Shown here: in pieces, positions 9,801 to 17,445 of the stretch | How the letters are laid out: every line of letters starts with the position of its first letter | How positions within the stretch are numbered: position 1 is the first letter of the stretch | Origin: an uncultured Verrucomicrobiota bacterium | GTDB taxonomy: Bacteria > Verrucomicrobiota > Verrucomicrobiia > Limisphaerales > UBA9464 | Direction: 5' to 3' | Assembly: GCA_903922605.1 (NCBI GenBank) | Contig: CAIXUG010000069.1 | Coordinates: 8,603-72,602 of the forward strand | Length of the DNA stretch: 64,000 nt | Made by a program: the position numbers and the translations under genes | Notes under the pieces: generated by a model | The model's database searches: none | Told to the model about the DNA's origin: nothing | The model's input: the letters and a program-made list of their open reading frames with translations, nothing else

Positions 9801-12224
9801 GCGCAGGGCGGCGGACATGTTCTGCTGGATCGTGGTGCCATCCAGCTGGGCCGACCAGAGCCGCACCTCCCGGATTTCACCGGCGAAGGGGGCGAGCGTG
9901 GTCTGGGCCGCCCCGTTGATGGGCAGGCCCTGCCCGACGCCGACCTCCGCGTAGGTGGCAGTTTGCGGGGAAATACCGTTGAACGTGGTGACGGTGGCGG
10001 TGCCGTCCAGGATTCCGTTCACATACAGCTTCAACTGGCCCGAGGATGACTTGGTGAACGCGACGTGCGACCAGACCCCGGCCGGGATGCTGTTGGTGCT
10101 GGTCAGCTCGACCACGCTGCTGGTGCGGAAGATGCGGATGCCATCGACCAGCGCGGTGCAGTCCGCGCTGTTGGTGTTGTACTCGGTGAAGGTGAGGAGA
10201 AAGGAGGAACTCACGTTGGTGAAGTTCACCGAGGCCACGTTGTAGGCCGCCGTGCCGCCCACGGCGGTGAAGGACTGGTCGAACAGGGTCGCCGCGTCGG
10301 CCTGCACCCGGAGGTGCGGCGGGGTTCCCGACCGGGCGTTGTAGCTGAAGCTCAAGGTGTAGGTTTGGCCGGGCACCAGGCCGGCGACGGTCTGGCTGAT
10401 CGCGGCGCCATTCTGCAGGCCGACGACATTGGTGCCGTTCTGCGACTGGCCGTTGTCGGCAAACGGGCCGGCCCCATTGGCATTTACCGACACGCCACCA
10501 CCGATCGCCCAACCGGGAACGTTGGTGGCGTAGCGGGTGCTGTCCGCCTTGGCCGACTCGAAACTAGCGTCGGCGATAAGCACGTCATTCGTGACCGGAC
10601 CGGTGAACACGTCCAGACGGAGCTGGCTCCCGGCGAGCGTGAGCGCGGCCTGCACCGTGGCCTGCTGCGGGTAGTCCAGAAACGCCGCCAGCGTCTGGTT
10701 GTTGGTCACGGTGGCGGGCCTGATCCATAGCTCGGTCGTGAAGCCCGGCTGCAGGTCGGAGGAAAAGCTGAGGTAATTCCCCACGCCGTCAAATTGGAGC
10801 CGGGGGGAGTTGGCCACGGGCTGCAGCGGCGTGCCGACGGGCCAGAAGACCTCCTGGTTGGAAACGTAGGCGCCGTTCGTCCGCGCGGCCAACCGCACGG
10901 GCACGAACCACACATCGAGGTTGTTCTGGTACTGGATGAGCGCACGGCCCTCGCCCACCGGCTGGATGGTGGAGGTCGTGGAATCCGCTTTGGCCACCGT
11001 CCCGCTCTTTTCCGACCAGACGATGCTGGCCGTATAATTCGTGGGGATGTTGATCGGGGGGCTGCCGGCGGGATTGGTCGGATCGTAAACGAAGAGGTGG
11101 GCCGACTCGTCGCCCGCCCAGGTAATCGCGTACCAATGGGGCTCGTAGGGCCAGATGATCCCGAGATTGCCGGTGCGCTGCCACAGGATCTGCGTCTTGC
11201 TGGGGTCCCCGGTCGGCTGGGTGGCGTCGGAATTGACGGCGGTCGCGAAGATGTCGTTCTCGAAATGGCTGCCGCTCGTGGACCATTGGACCACGTAGTC
11301 CTTGGCCTTGGAAATCGAGGCGATCAGGCCCGCCGCCACGTCTGCCCCTTCGCTCGGCAGCAGCCGGTCACCCAGCACCACGGAGGACTGGTACACCCGC
11401 GCCGGACCGACGTAGACGATCTCATACCCGGCCGAATTGTCGAACGACGGCGTGTCGAAATACTCGACGATCAGGTAGCCGCTCTGGTTCCGCGCGCGCA
11501 GCAGGCTGTTGCCATCGATCCAGATGGCGGGACGCCCGAGCTGGGTGATCGCCAGGGTGGACCGGGCGGCCTGCCCGGCGGCCGTGTCCTGAGAATCCGC
11601 CGAATCAAAATCCGGGACCACGGCGTTGTAATGGATCTTGGCGTAAATGTGGCTGAGACTGACGGCGTACTCGTTGTTGTCGGGCAGGCCGGTGGCGTTG
11701 GTGTTCACCGCGCCGGCCGTGTAGTTGTCGGTCCAGAAGAGCCGGGAGGCCGGGCCGCCGGGCAGCGCGCCGATGGTGTAGGTGATGCGGTTGGTGGTGC
11801 CGGTGGTGGTGGGCCAGTCCACCACGCAGGTGCCGGCCTGGGCGGCGACGAGCTGGCGGCGCTTGGCGAGGTAGAACGCGCCGTTGGCCGTGACCACCGA
11901 CGGGGCCCTGATCGGATCGGCCAGGGGCGGCGGCGTGATGATGTCACCGAAGTTGAAGTTGGGCGGCGCCGAGGAAAAAGGCATTCCCACCGTCCACGAA
12001 TCGATCTTGAAGCGGGCCGATCCCGCCTCGGTGGGCCGGTTGGTCGGGGCATAGTTGCTCCCGCTGGCCAGGGTGGCCGAGGCGCTGGCCTGCCCGACTC
12101 CGGGCCGTACCGGGTTGGTGTAACCCGGCGTGGTGGAAAACACATCCGCCGCCGCCGGCAGCGCCGCCAGCAGCAGCAGCGCGAGCGACCGGCCCAAAAT
12201 GACCTTGGCTGTCTTGAAAAACAT
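3804..12224 (-). CDS. module A: giant secreted protein (2806 aa) with LamG/ConA-like and DUF642-like CBM inserts and a long alpha-helical C-terminal half; function unknown
   Basis: An uninterrupted 8.4-kb ORF with the signal peptide 'MFFKTAKVILGRSLALLLLAALPAAA|DV'. LamG signatures include 'WSHVAFTKSSSGQLKLYVNG' and 'HHIALVAESGQLRLYLDG'. It is paralogous along its whole length to 18332..26389 (e.g. 'GYNPNEEHAL', 'LLEEELALLRG.DD', and the C-termini '..TYSYSGN'). Confidence 0.9.
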   Translation of the reverse strand: MFFKTAKVILGRSLALLLLAALPAAADVFSTTPGYTNPVRPGVGQASASATLASGSNYAPTNRPTEAGSARFKIDSWTVGMPFSSAPPNFNFGDIITPPPLADPIRAPSVVTANGAFYLAKRRQLVAAQAGTCVVDWPTTTGTTNRITYTIGALPGGPASRLFWTDNYTAGAVNTNATGLPDNNEYAVSLSHIYAKIHYNAVVPDFDSADSQDTAAGQAARSTLAITQLGRPAIWIDGNSLLRARNQSGYLIVEYFDTPSFDNSAGYEIVYVGPARVYQSSVVLGDRLLPSEGADVAAGLIASISKAKDYVVQWSTSGSHFENDIFATAVNSDATQPTGDPSKTQILWQRTGNLGIIWPYEPHWYAITWAGDESAHLFVYDPTNPAGSPPINIPTNYTASIVWSEKSGTVAKADSTTSTIQPVGEGRALIQYQNNLDVWFVPVRLAARTNGAYVSNQEVFWPVGTPLQPVANSPRLQFDGVGNYLSFSSDLQPGFTTELWIRPATVTNNQTLAAFLDYPQQATVQAALTLAGSQLRLDVFTGPVTNDVLIADASFESAKADSTRYATNVPGWAIGGGVSVNANGAGPFADNGQSQNGTNVVGLQNGAAISQTVAGLVPGQTYTLSFSYNARSGTPPHLRVQADAATLFDQSFTAVGGTAAYNVASVNFTNVSSSFLLTFTEYNTNSADCTALVDGIRIFRTSSVVELTSTNSIPAGVWSHVAFTKSSSGQLKLYVNGILDGTATVTTFNGISPQTATYAEVGVGQGLPINGAAQTTLAPFAGEIREVRLWSAQLDGTTIQQNMSAALRGDEPNLDHLITPLWQQTSTPLDPDGEAGYQVLDLATGENVLGYGTPNTAGQLPYTLNQRLALAGNANNTEIPLTWKRSDAQSVEFWLRVGDGNRKFPKGDVPLLEAKSGTNSTVELGLSGGRLDLLTNGVVAGISGTVLEENSTHHIALVAESGQLRLYLDGNKDGVVVLPGRGSDVLATRLVLEAGTATNSTLNAEFSDFRIYATTHSTAQVNADLTSAADFTDSTLVRWYDFSQVTPSNVAGEAVLLVPDAARGVAATYHGPAVLGSTINLLPPAEVTGGIIRSGTAYHPGIYAAESRIIPVNDTPTNSLIEVWWSSSFTAPYLDQPLGIPGIVTRYRLMDPIAAPVLAVAGQKTAAFNLPTTWAEPSVYYQNDVTAVGYNPNEEHALIFGPAAYALRWDLNQPATSPAYMLLQYKDTTRGLLSYLQPVQVIPTNSIHPNFDGSLLVGQELQSPTPIIYLLPYSPLSGPGADDPLHRLFQDRTGTYWAQSASSTTPDSVPMRWQYPLEPGFYWPSSLGTKNPGDSVPFGNTSNGLTIHYTINWPTNLPTLALGQTLSTAIGGLPAIYGQKSAAILFDEANYSGKTSAYIVDPTTVSSSDLASTNGIATATDIELGQVYFTLLPPHLRDRVTWDPTARKLNLSGAVVQPITGDSYVLPAWLGSPSDPNSDYSIMAGLSPDPNWQAAVAGLRQPANVIPNAEVPFSSIVLTPSGFGGGHVTLGFNTRTNFNLTGDPVSVVPFFLDTTKLYTGSVIVLYSDNKFDQYTTLRHNGDFGGDPSQYEFEWRYSPSNFGQVPASPNANLAAWLPYGVTTRGLSRIVFGGPGLLTLEDVYFSVHWRCVASGAPNTNWSSWTEPALVENWLTRALDGINPFDQRVGSLANNQLDLTTSILSQAGKRYVGAVPLNMDNADSFGLIEIYETLLQQARNLSIDAGYKDDNVNASLLDAASKLNELYTMLGDEALSDAKDPTIAWGTRDLNDIYFGSRASSLFAFQGIVPTLLEEELALLRGLDDTSSTPVTTYPVYNRLYWNFTKGINSGEPAYALNYNIPSVTTNSEGSITEADAARLYPQGHGDAYGHYLTALMDYYRLLENTNFTWYPRAEVKTIGGVNVSFDYVDERKMAASALQLARTSVEIVDRTFRRDYQLDPSKRVPLYVDSNTNRAWSATEWVDRSSQGALYNWIVLNSLLPAPIDGGGSVTNITRATVPELSQLAGLIGTLQDKQDDIDRGDSPMGVAANVVPFDLDPLLADAGKSHFEQIYDRAVTAMQAAYTVLQRASEAGTDLRRQDVSLESFRYQIAQRENEFNAQLVDLYGTPYPDDIGPTGSFVTGYQGPDLYHYNYIDRDLFSPADAGSVTNVTFNSKYSITGDNLDTLTAVGANVTYSINSDGIPVLPDSWTGGQRAIYGKIEGALGDYIRAWITLRSAIAHQQDDKTQLTARLQRLQDHNSYSASYGAIDSNLQNQQFTVNLVQEGLDLSLSTLDTLDSEVQSAYEASKDPLPQSFIAGLADGGDLSFPARIGLAITKLVGEESIGAAKDAANFASYAAGKLSSQLDNEIAANADALAGAEDQSQTVMETTQLLSKVNADSDTVYGAAVSLRQAWQNYLTLVSKGIQVQEDLLAFRQDNAARIQEARYADVIFRTFKNEDLEEYLNAFQQASRYVFATARVYDYETGLLDPTVVSGQSGDFMGDTMKATQLGDMVDGQPVGGSSDAGDLASILAKMNANWAVLKGRFGINNPTREKHRISLRQELFRIGKSADPIVETNNLGIWQNRLYTYRVADIRQVPEFKNFCQYYSPMGTNEPALVIPFSTQIQSGFNVFGLPLVGGDTVFDSAHFTTKLRGSAVSFAGYNQNVGSLLTKSPRVYLVPAGVDRQRTPIDGGATIRDWQVIDQVWPIPYPSAAGNVSFPLESIGTDNVHVIRRFPPMRAYDDDELTAAGSVPYDSRLIARSVWNTEWVLIIPGSSLSSSPSTALDSLIEGISDIYLLLDTYSYSGN

Positions 12225-12248
12225 GGGGCGCAGGAGGGTTGGCCGGTG

Positions 12249-13385
12249 TTATTGCTGCCGGAGGATGTAGCACAGGGCGTAATACGGCGGCCGGATGTCG
12301 ATCGCGTCGGCCGCGCCCGCGCTGTTGCCCCCGGAAAAATCGGTGTAGCGCTGCACCCACGAGAGCCGGTTATCCGTGTCATAGTTGCTCTTGCTGCCGA
12401 CATAGGAATTTGCTCCGTCCCAGCCCGTCGAGCCGGTCAGGTAGGCACCATCGCCAGCCACGCTGGTGTTGCCGATATAGTTTTCGGCAAAAATCGTGTC
12501 CCGATGCGTATGGCGGTGCGGGGGCAGATTGTTCGCCCCCAAGGTCAGCGAGCTGTTGCCGCCGGCGTTTCCGACCGCGTAGGCGGAACCGCTGGCCCCG
12601 GCCCCAACGATGAACCGGCCCCGCAAATCAGGCGTGCCGGAGCTGCCGTCACAGAGATGCCAGCCGGCCGGGACGGCAGTCGCCGAACCGCTCCACATGA
12701 TGATGCCGCCCACGGGCACGAAGCCGCCGCCGGTCGTCGCACCGGCTGAGAGGGTGCCGGTGACGGCCAAATCGCTCTGGAACGTCGCGGCATTGGCCAC
12801 CGTCAGCCCCCCGTTGACACCCAGGTTGGGCACGGAGAGATCGCCCTGCAGCGTGCTGGCCGACTTGTTGGCGGGCTGCAGGAACTGGTTGGCCGTGAGC
12901 CCGCCCACGCTGCCGGCGTTGGTCGCGTAGGCGGCGCTGTCGGCAATCTTCGCGCTTTCCGCGACGAGCGAGTAAGGCGAGGAGAGCAGCCGGAGACGCG
13001 GCGTGATTTCCTGCGGGTTGTTGATCGTGGCACCGGAGTTGTCCACCAGGATGGTCAGCCCGAGAAACGGCGTCCCGGTGCTGCCCAGCGCGGCGGCGAT
13101 GGCGTTCGTCTGCGCGCCGCCGATCGCGGTACCGCCCTCGCCCAGCACGACGTTGAAGAAGCCGCCGGAAACCACCACCGTGTAGGAGCTGCCCCACAGC
13201 AGCGTGGTGCCGCTCGTGGAACCGTACAGCTTGAAGGCAATGGTGTAGGTGCCGTCGGTGACCTGGTTGCCGGAGCTGTTCAGCAGCTTGCCCTGGTAGT
13301 TGATCACCAGGGGCGGATCGTTCACCGCAAAGGCCGCAGTGGCGGCGAAGAACAGGGCAGCAAGCAGGGCGTGGATGGTTTTCAT
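12249..13385 (-). CDS. module A: tail-fibre-like secreted protein with a phage tail-collar (MdpB-like) C-terminal domain
   Basis: Signal peptide 'MKTIHALLAALFFAATAAFA'. The N-terminal module 'VINYQGKLLNSSGNQVTDGTYTIAFKLY...LWG..YTVVVSGGFFNVVLGEG...PRLRLLSSPYSLVA' is shared with two other genes. The collar signature is 'GGIIMWSGSATAVPAGWHLCDGSSGTPDLRGRFIVGAG...NNLPPHRHTH'. Confidence 0.85.
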   Translation of the reverse strand: MKTIHALLAALFFAATAAFAVNDPPLVINYQGKLLNSSGNQVTDGTYTIAFKLYGSTSGTTLLWGSSYTVVVSGGFFNVVLGEGGTAIGGAQTNAIAAALGSTGTPFLGLTILVDNSGATINNPQEITPRLRLLSSPYSLVAESAKIADSAAYATNAGSVGGLTANQFLQPANKSASTLQGDLSVPNLGVNGGLTVANAATFQSDLAVTGTLSAGATTGGGFVPVGGIIMWSGSATAVPAGWHLCDGSSGTPDLRGRFIVGAGASGSAYAVGNAGGNSSLTLGANNLPPHRHTHRDTIFAENYIGNTSVAGDGAYLTGSTGWDGANSYVGSKSNYDTDNRLSWVQRYTDFSGGNSAGAADAIDIRPPYYALCYILRQQ

Positions 13386-13421
13386 AGGTTTGCGGAGGGG
13401 GGAAAAGAAAAGGGGGATGGA

Positions 13422-15044
13422 TCAGTAAAGGATGGAACTCTGGCTGACGCGGGTGAACTGGAAGGAACCCTGCACGGTGATCGCCTGCCGGCGGAGGCCG
13501 GAGATCGTCTCCTGATAGGTCCCCTGGACGGTGCCGGAGGTATAGAGTGGCACGCTGGGGGCCGATCCCAGGTCCATGAGCTGCGGGCTCGGGGTCGTCA
13601 CCGTGACCGTGGCCGTCCCCACGTTCAGCACGTTGGTGGCCACACCGCTGCCGAGCAGTTCGACCACGATGCCGTTGCTGCTCTGCAACTGCGGCACGAC
13701 CATGAGCTGCGGCACATTCTGATACGACGTCGCGCCATTACGGACGACCACGTCATGGAGCTCACCGACGAAGCTGCCGGAGCCGGCGGTGGACGCATTG
13801 CCGACCAGCAGCGAATCCCACGCCCCGGAGGGCATCGCGGGCAGATAGTTCTGCCCGGCCAAGATGCCGTTCACATAGATCTGGCCGCTGGCAAAGCCGT
13901 CATAGGTCGCGGTGACATTCACCCAGGCGCCGGTGGGCAGGGCGTTGGTGGTGACGACCTGGGCAGTGGTGCTGTTCGTACCCGTGACGGTCATGGCCAG
14001 CGTCCCGGTGTTGGCCTGGAAGCCGACGCGCACCTGGCTCTGCTGCGTGGCATTGGTCAGCAGCACCAGCGTGCCGCCGTTCTGCTGGAGGGTGGGAATG
14101 TTCAGCCAGAACTGCACCGTGAGGGCCGGGGTGGTGGCGAAGGCCGAGGCGCTGACGTATTCGCCGGTGGCCCCGGTGAACTTCACCGCCGGGACCGACG
14201 GCGAATAGCTTGTGCCCGTCTGGATGGTGTCACCGAAGAAAAAGCTGACATTGCGCGTGATGTCGAAGGACTCCACGCCCGCCGGAAGCTTGGTGGAAAA
14301 GTCCTCGGTGAGGTTGTTGTGGTCGGGATGGTAGCGGTGGACGAAGGGATTGACCTTGTCATCGTAGGGTGTGGTGACGGTCCCGGCCACGCTGGCCCCG
14401 AAGCTGCCGGTCAGCGCCGCCGGGGCGGCCGCCGGCCAGCTCGGCGCGCTGAGACGTGATTTGAGCGTCGCCCCCGCCGGCACACTGGCGAGGCTGCCGT
14501 ACATGCGGGTGACGCGGTTCGTGCCGTCCGACACGTCGGCGAAAACAACCTGGTGCAGGAGCCGCGACACGCCGTTGGAATCCACGTGGATCAGCACCCG
14601 GGTGTTCAGCGGCGTCGCCGGGATCACCGTGTGGGTGGTCGGATCCGGAAAGGGTGACGGATCGAAACCCGGAATGTTGACTGCATTCATCGTGATGGTG
14701 CCCACCCACAGGCCGGCGTTCTGGGCGACCGTGGCCACCGCGTCGGTCAGGTCGCTCTTCCCCTTGGTGCCCGGAGTTGACATCAGGCTGCCCTGCCGGT
14801 TGTACAGCTTGCTGCCCGGCACCTCCGCCACCACGGGCACCAGTTGGCGGTAGCCATGGGCGGCTTCCGTCACCTCGATCAGGGCCTGGTAGGTCGAATT
14901 GGTGTCCGACACCATATTCAGCTCCCGTAACAGCAGCCCGACCCGGAGCACGAGGCTCTGGCCACCGGCCACCGTGACATCCACACCGTTGGCCAGCCGC
15001 TTGAAGGCAAAGGAGCCGTCCGCCTGGGGCAACAGCGCCACCAC
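13422..15044 (-). CDS. module A: C-terminal portion of an 'HPDHDN'-motif protein with a LamG-like domain; shares a frame with 15252..15923 across one TAG
   Basis: 'NPFVHRYHPDHNNLTEDF' matches 'NPFLHTFHPDHDNLKADF' in the paralogue 28054..29883. A LamG-like stretch reads 'WVNVTATYDGFASGQIYVNGILAG...FVGELHDVVV'. The frame stays open upstream as far as the TAG at 15252-15254. There is no signal peptide and no convincing independent start. Confidence 0.7.
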   Translation of the reverse strand: MVALLPQADGSFAFKRLANGVDVTVAGGQSLVLRVGLLLRELNMVSDTNSTYQALIEVTEAAHGYRQLVPVVAEVPGSKLYNRQGSLMSTPGTKGKSDLTDAVATVAQNAGLWVGTITMNAVNIPGFDPSPFPDPTTHTVIPATPLNTRVLIHVDSNGVSRLLHQVVFADVSDGTNRVTRMYGSLASVPAGATLKSRLSAPSWPAAAPAALTGSFGASVAGTVTTPYDDKVNPFVHRYHPDHNNLTEDFSTKLPAGVESFDITRNVSFFFGDTIQTGTSYSPSVPAVKFTGATGEYVSASAFATTPALTVQFWLNIPTLQQNGGTLVLLTNATQQSQVRVGFQANTGTLAMTVTGTNSTTAQVVTTNALPTGAWVNVTATYDGFASGQIYVNGILAGQNYLPAMPSGAWDSLLVGNASTAGSGSFVGELHDVVVRNGATSYQNVPQLMVVPQLQSSNGIVVELLGSGVATNVLNVGTATVTVTTPSPQLMDLGSAPSVPLYTSGTVQGTYQETISGLRRQAITVQGSFQFTRVSQSSILY

Positions 15045-15251
15045 CGGCGGCGTGCCGGCATTGGCCGGCTTGCCCGTCGGGGCGACCTCACCGTCCAGCA
15101 GCCGGAGGTGCAGCGTGTGGGGATCATCTGCGCCGCTCTTCAGCGTCAGGGTGGTGATGGGGCTGTCCTGCAGGAACTGGACGGCGTTGTTTTCCGTGCC
15201 GCCCAGCGCCTCGAAGGGATACGGATGATGCGTATGTCCCTGGAGAAAGGC

Positions 15252-15923
15252 CTAGTAGGCCCGGCCGGGCACGATCTTCGTCAGCTCCGGATTGCGGATC
15301 TGGCTTTCAAAGGCCGTGGCCGGGTTGATGTTGAAGATGGCCGAATCCTGCCCCGGCTGCGCCGACACCTGGGGCGAATCCTTGAGGAAATCGTAAAAGC
15401 TCACCGGCCCCGTTTCCATGATGGGAAAGCCGGCCAGGACGACGTCGTTCGGAATCCAGTCCGAACGCGGCGGGATCGGGATGCCCTTCACGTTCAGCGT
15501 CACCGTGGGGGAATTGGGGGCCAGCTTGATCAGGTACGACTGGCCGCCACGGATTTGCGCCAGTGTGGCCAAAAACTTCTTTTCGGTGCCGGGCGGATAC
15601 CACGTGAGCCAGTGGTCCTGGCCGACGGCGGCCTGCGTCGAATTGGTCGTGAAGCTCGAGGTTTGCAGGTAGCGGTTGTACATCCAGACCTCGGTCACCT
15701 GCGGCACCGTGCTGAAGAGCGAGTCGCACGCCGGATCGGCCGGCGCGACCTGCAGGAACACGGGGTTGTAGCCAGGCACGAGCCTGATGGTCTGCGTGAC
15801 CCACTGGGCCCGGACGGAAGCGGCGAGGCCGAAAAACAGCAGGAGGGCCGTAACGGCCTTTCCCACCACGAACCGTAGCCGGCGGAGCAGGTGCGGTGAA
15901 CGATCAGCGGATTGGTGGCTCAT
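15252..15923 (-). CDS. module A: N-terminal portion (signal peptide + N-domain) of the same 'HPDHDN'-motif protein, ended by an in-frame TAG
   Basis: ATG at 15923 gives 'MSHQSADRSPHLLRRLRFVVGKAVTALLLFFGLAASVRA|QW'. 'QWVTQTIRLVPGYNPVFLQVAP' aligns with 'QWQKQSMTLKPGWNAVFLHVDA' of 28054..29883. The stop TAG is at 15252-15254. Confidence 0.7.
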   Translation of the reverse strand: MSHQSADRSPHLLRRLRFVVGKAVTALLLFFGLAASVRAQWVTQTIRLVPGYNPVFLQVAPADPACDSLFSTVPQVTEVWMYNRYLQTSSFTTNSTQAAVGQDHWLTWYPPGTEKKFLATLAQIRGGQSYLIKLAPNSPTVTLNVKGIPIPPRSDWIPNDVVLAGFPIMETGPVSFYDFLKDSPQVSAQPGQDSAIFNINPATAFESQIRNPELTKIVPGRAY

Positions 15924-15974
15924 GGGCAGGCAGGCTAGACGATGAAGAGGGGAGGCCGGGTGATGCGGCCGGCA

Positions 15975-16133
15975 CACAGACGATCAGATTGGAGGCCTTC
16001 AGTTCCGAGCACATCGGCAGAATGGTTGCCGGACCCAAGGGATCCCGTTGAAAAAAGAATCGCGTTATTGATGGGCACACCTGATGGAATGGTTCGGAAA
16101 GGCCAGCCTCCTACGCGGGCTGCGCGTGGCTGG
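15975..16133 (-). promoter_or_regulatory. inter-module region: possible stem-loop (16103..16133) and an ECF-like GGAAC-N19-CGTC motif (16006..15975) upstream of module A
   Basis: This lies in the largest non-coding gap (about 360 bp, 15924-16282) between 39592 and 2914. In minus sense it reads 'CCAGCCACGCGcagccCGCGTaggaGGCTGG', then an AT-rich stretch, then 'GGAACtgaaggcctccaatctgatCGTC' about 50 nt before the ATG at 15923. The spacer is longer than the canonical 16-17 nt. Confidence 0.25.
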
Positions 16134-16282
16134 TAATAGACACCCCGGCCACCAGACCCGGAATGCAAGCAACAACGGCATGACGACGCCAACCCGGTCA
16201 GAAATTAGGAAAACGGGAAGTTGGAGGCCGTTATCTTCTACGGCGCAGAGACTCTGCTGAACCCGGCGCAGGCAGACCAGTT

Positions 16283-16786
16283 CTATGGCCCGGCTGACTC
16301 AATGATCCGATAGAAACGTACCTCGGGCGGGCCGGCATCAATGAATTCAAGGAAGCCCTCGGTGGGCGCGGTGGCCCGGGCGCCGAGGTCGGCCCAGGTG
16401 ATGGTCCGCGTCAGGTTGGAGGTGGCTTGCAGCTGGAAGACGTGTCCGGGCGTCCCGGCCATGGTGATATGAACCTCCCGCACACCGCTGGCATTGACGA
16501 GTTGCGCCAGCCGGACGATCCGCAAGGGCACCGGTAGGATTTCCGAGCCGGCGCTCTCAAATTGCACGCCACCGGTAATAGCAAAAATTCCCCCGCCCAT
16601 GGGCAGGCCCGCCTCCGGCTGACCGAGAGTGCCGCTCACGGTGTAAAGGCCATTCGTGCTCGTGCCCCCACCGCCGGCGATCCGAAACCAGTCAATCGTG
16701 TAGACCTGAGCCGAACTCACGGCCTGAAACCAGAGGCCCAGGAGCAGCGCCGAGGTTCCCCGGACCAGCCTCCAGGTCGGCCTCAA
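16283..16786 (-). CDS. module B accessory: small secreted protein
   Basis: Signal peptide 'LLLGLWFQAVSSA|QV'. It contains the motif 'YTIDWFRIAGGGGTSTNGLYTVSGTLGQPEAG' and ends with the strand '..VRFYRIIESAGP'. Its start overlaps the upstream stop by 4 bp. Confidence 0.7.
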   Translation of the reverse strand: MRPTWRLVRGTSALLLGLWFQAVSSAQVYTIDWFRIAGGGGTSTNGLYTVSGTLGQPEAGLPMGGGIFAITGGVQFESAGSEILPVPLRIVRLAQLVNASGVREVHITMAGTPGHVFQLQATSNLTRTITWADLGARATAPTEGFLEFIDAGPPEVRFYRIIESAGP

Positions 16787-17427
16787 GGCGCACCCCCTGC
16801 CGCCGACGTTCCTGCGGAGCCGCGCCGTTCGCTGACGCCCGCAACGTCGTCATAGCGATGCTGTGACTTCACGGTGCCGTGTGCCAGGGTCACTTCCGAC
16901 TTGAGCCGGCCACTCGCATACCAGGTCCGCGAAAGACCGTCCGGCTGACCATCTTTCATGGTGATTTCCTCGGAAAGCTGCCCATTCGCATGCCAGCGCT
17001 GGAACACGCCGACGATCCGGCCGTGCTCGATCTGGGCCGCCGAAACCGGCCTTCCCGCCTCATCCCACTGGCGTCGCTCCCCATGGGAGACGCCGTTCAC
17101 GAACTGTTCGGAGACCTGCATGGTCTGGTTGGTGAACCAGCCCTCGGAGACACCGTGCAACACGCCGTTGAAAATCGCCGAGCGCGATTTGAGCAGGCCG
17201 TCCGGATAAAGTTCCAGCATCCAGCCGGTAAAGGCCTTTCCGTCCAGCTCCAGACGCTTTTCCCGGAGCACCAGCTTCGAGCGCTCGACCTCGGGCAGCA
17301 CCACTTCGACGACGGGGATATGGGTGTGGCGATAGGCAAGCGCCGCCGTCACCAGGCACAGCAGGCAAAATATCGCGACGGCCAGCCCAATCCCGGGCCG
17401 CACTCTGACCTGGTGTGGTAGGTTCAT
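16783..17427 (-). CDS. module B accessory: membrane-anchored MORN-variant (YwqK-like) repeat protein
   Basis: An N-terminal TM helix 'GIGLAVAIFCLLCLVTAALAY' is followed by repeated 'G...G....W...G......F.NG..HG' units ('NGVLHGVSEGWFTNQ', 'NGVSHGERRQWDEAG', 'GRIVGVFQRWHANG', 'GQPDGLSRTWYASG'). Confidence 0.7.
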   Translation of the reverse strand: MNLPHQVRVRPGIGLAVAIFCLLCLVTAALAYRHTHIPVVEVVLPEVERSKLVLREKRLELDGKAFTGWMLELYPDGLLKSRSAIFNGVLHGVSEGWFTNQTMQVSEQFVNGVSHGERRQWDEAGRPVSAAQIEHGRIVGVFQRWHANGQLSEEITMKDGQPDGLSRTWYASGRLKSEVTLAHGTVKSQHRYDDVAGVSERRGSAGTSAAGGAP

Positions 17428-17445
17428 CGCGTTCGGCCTTATGCG

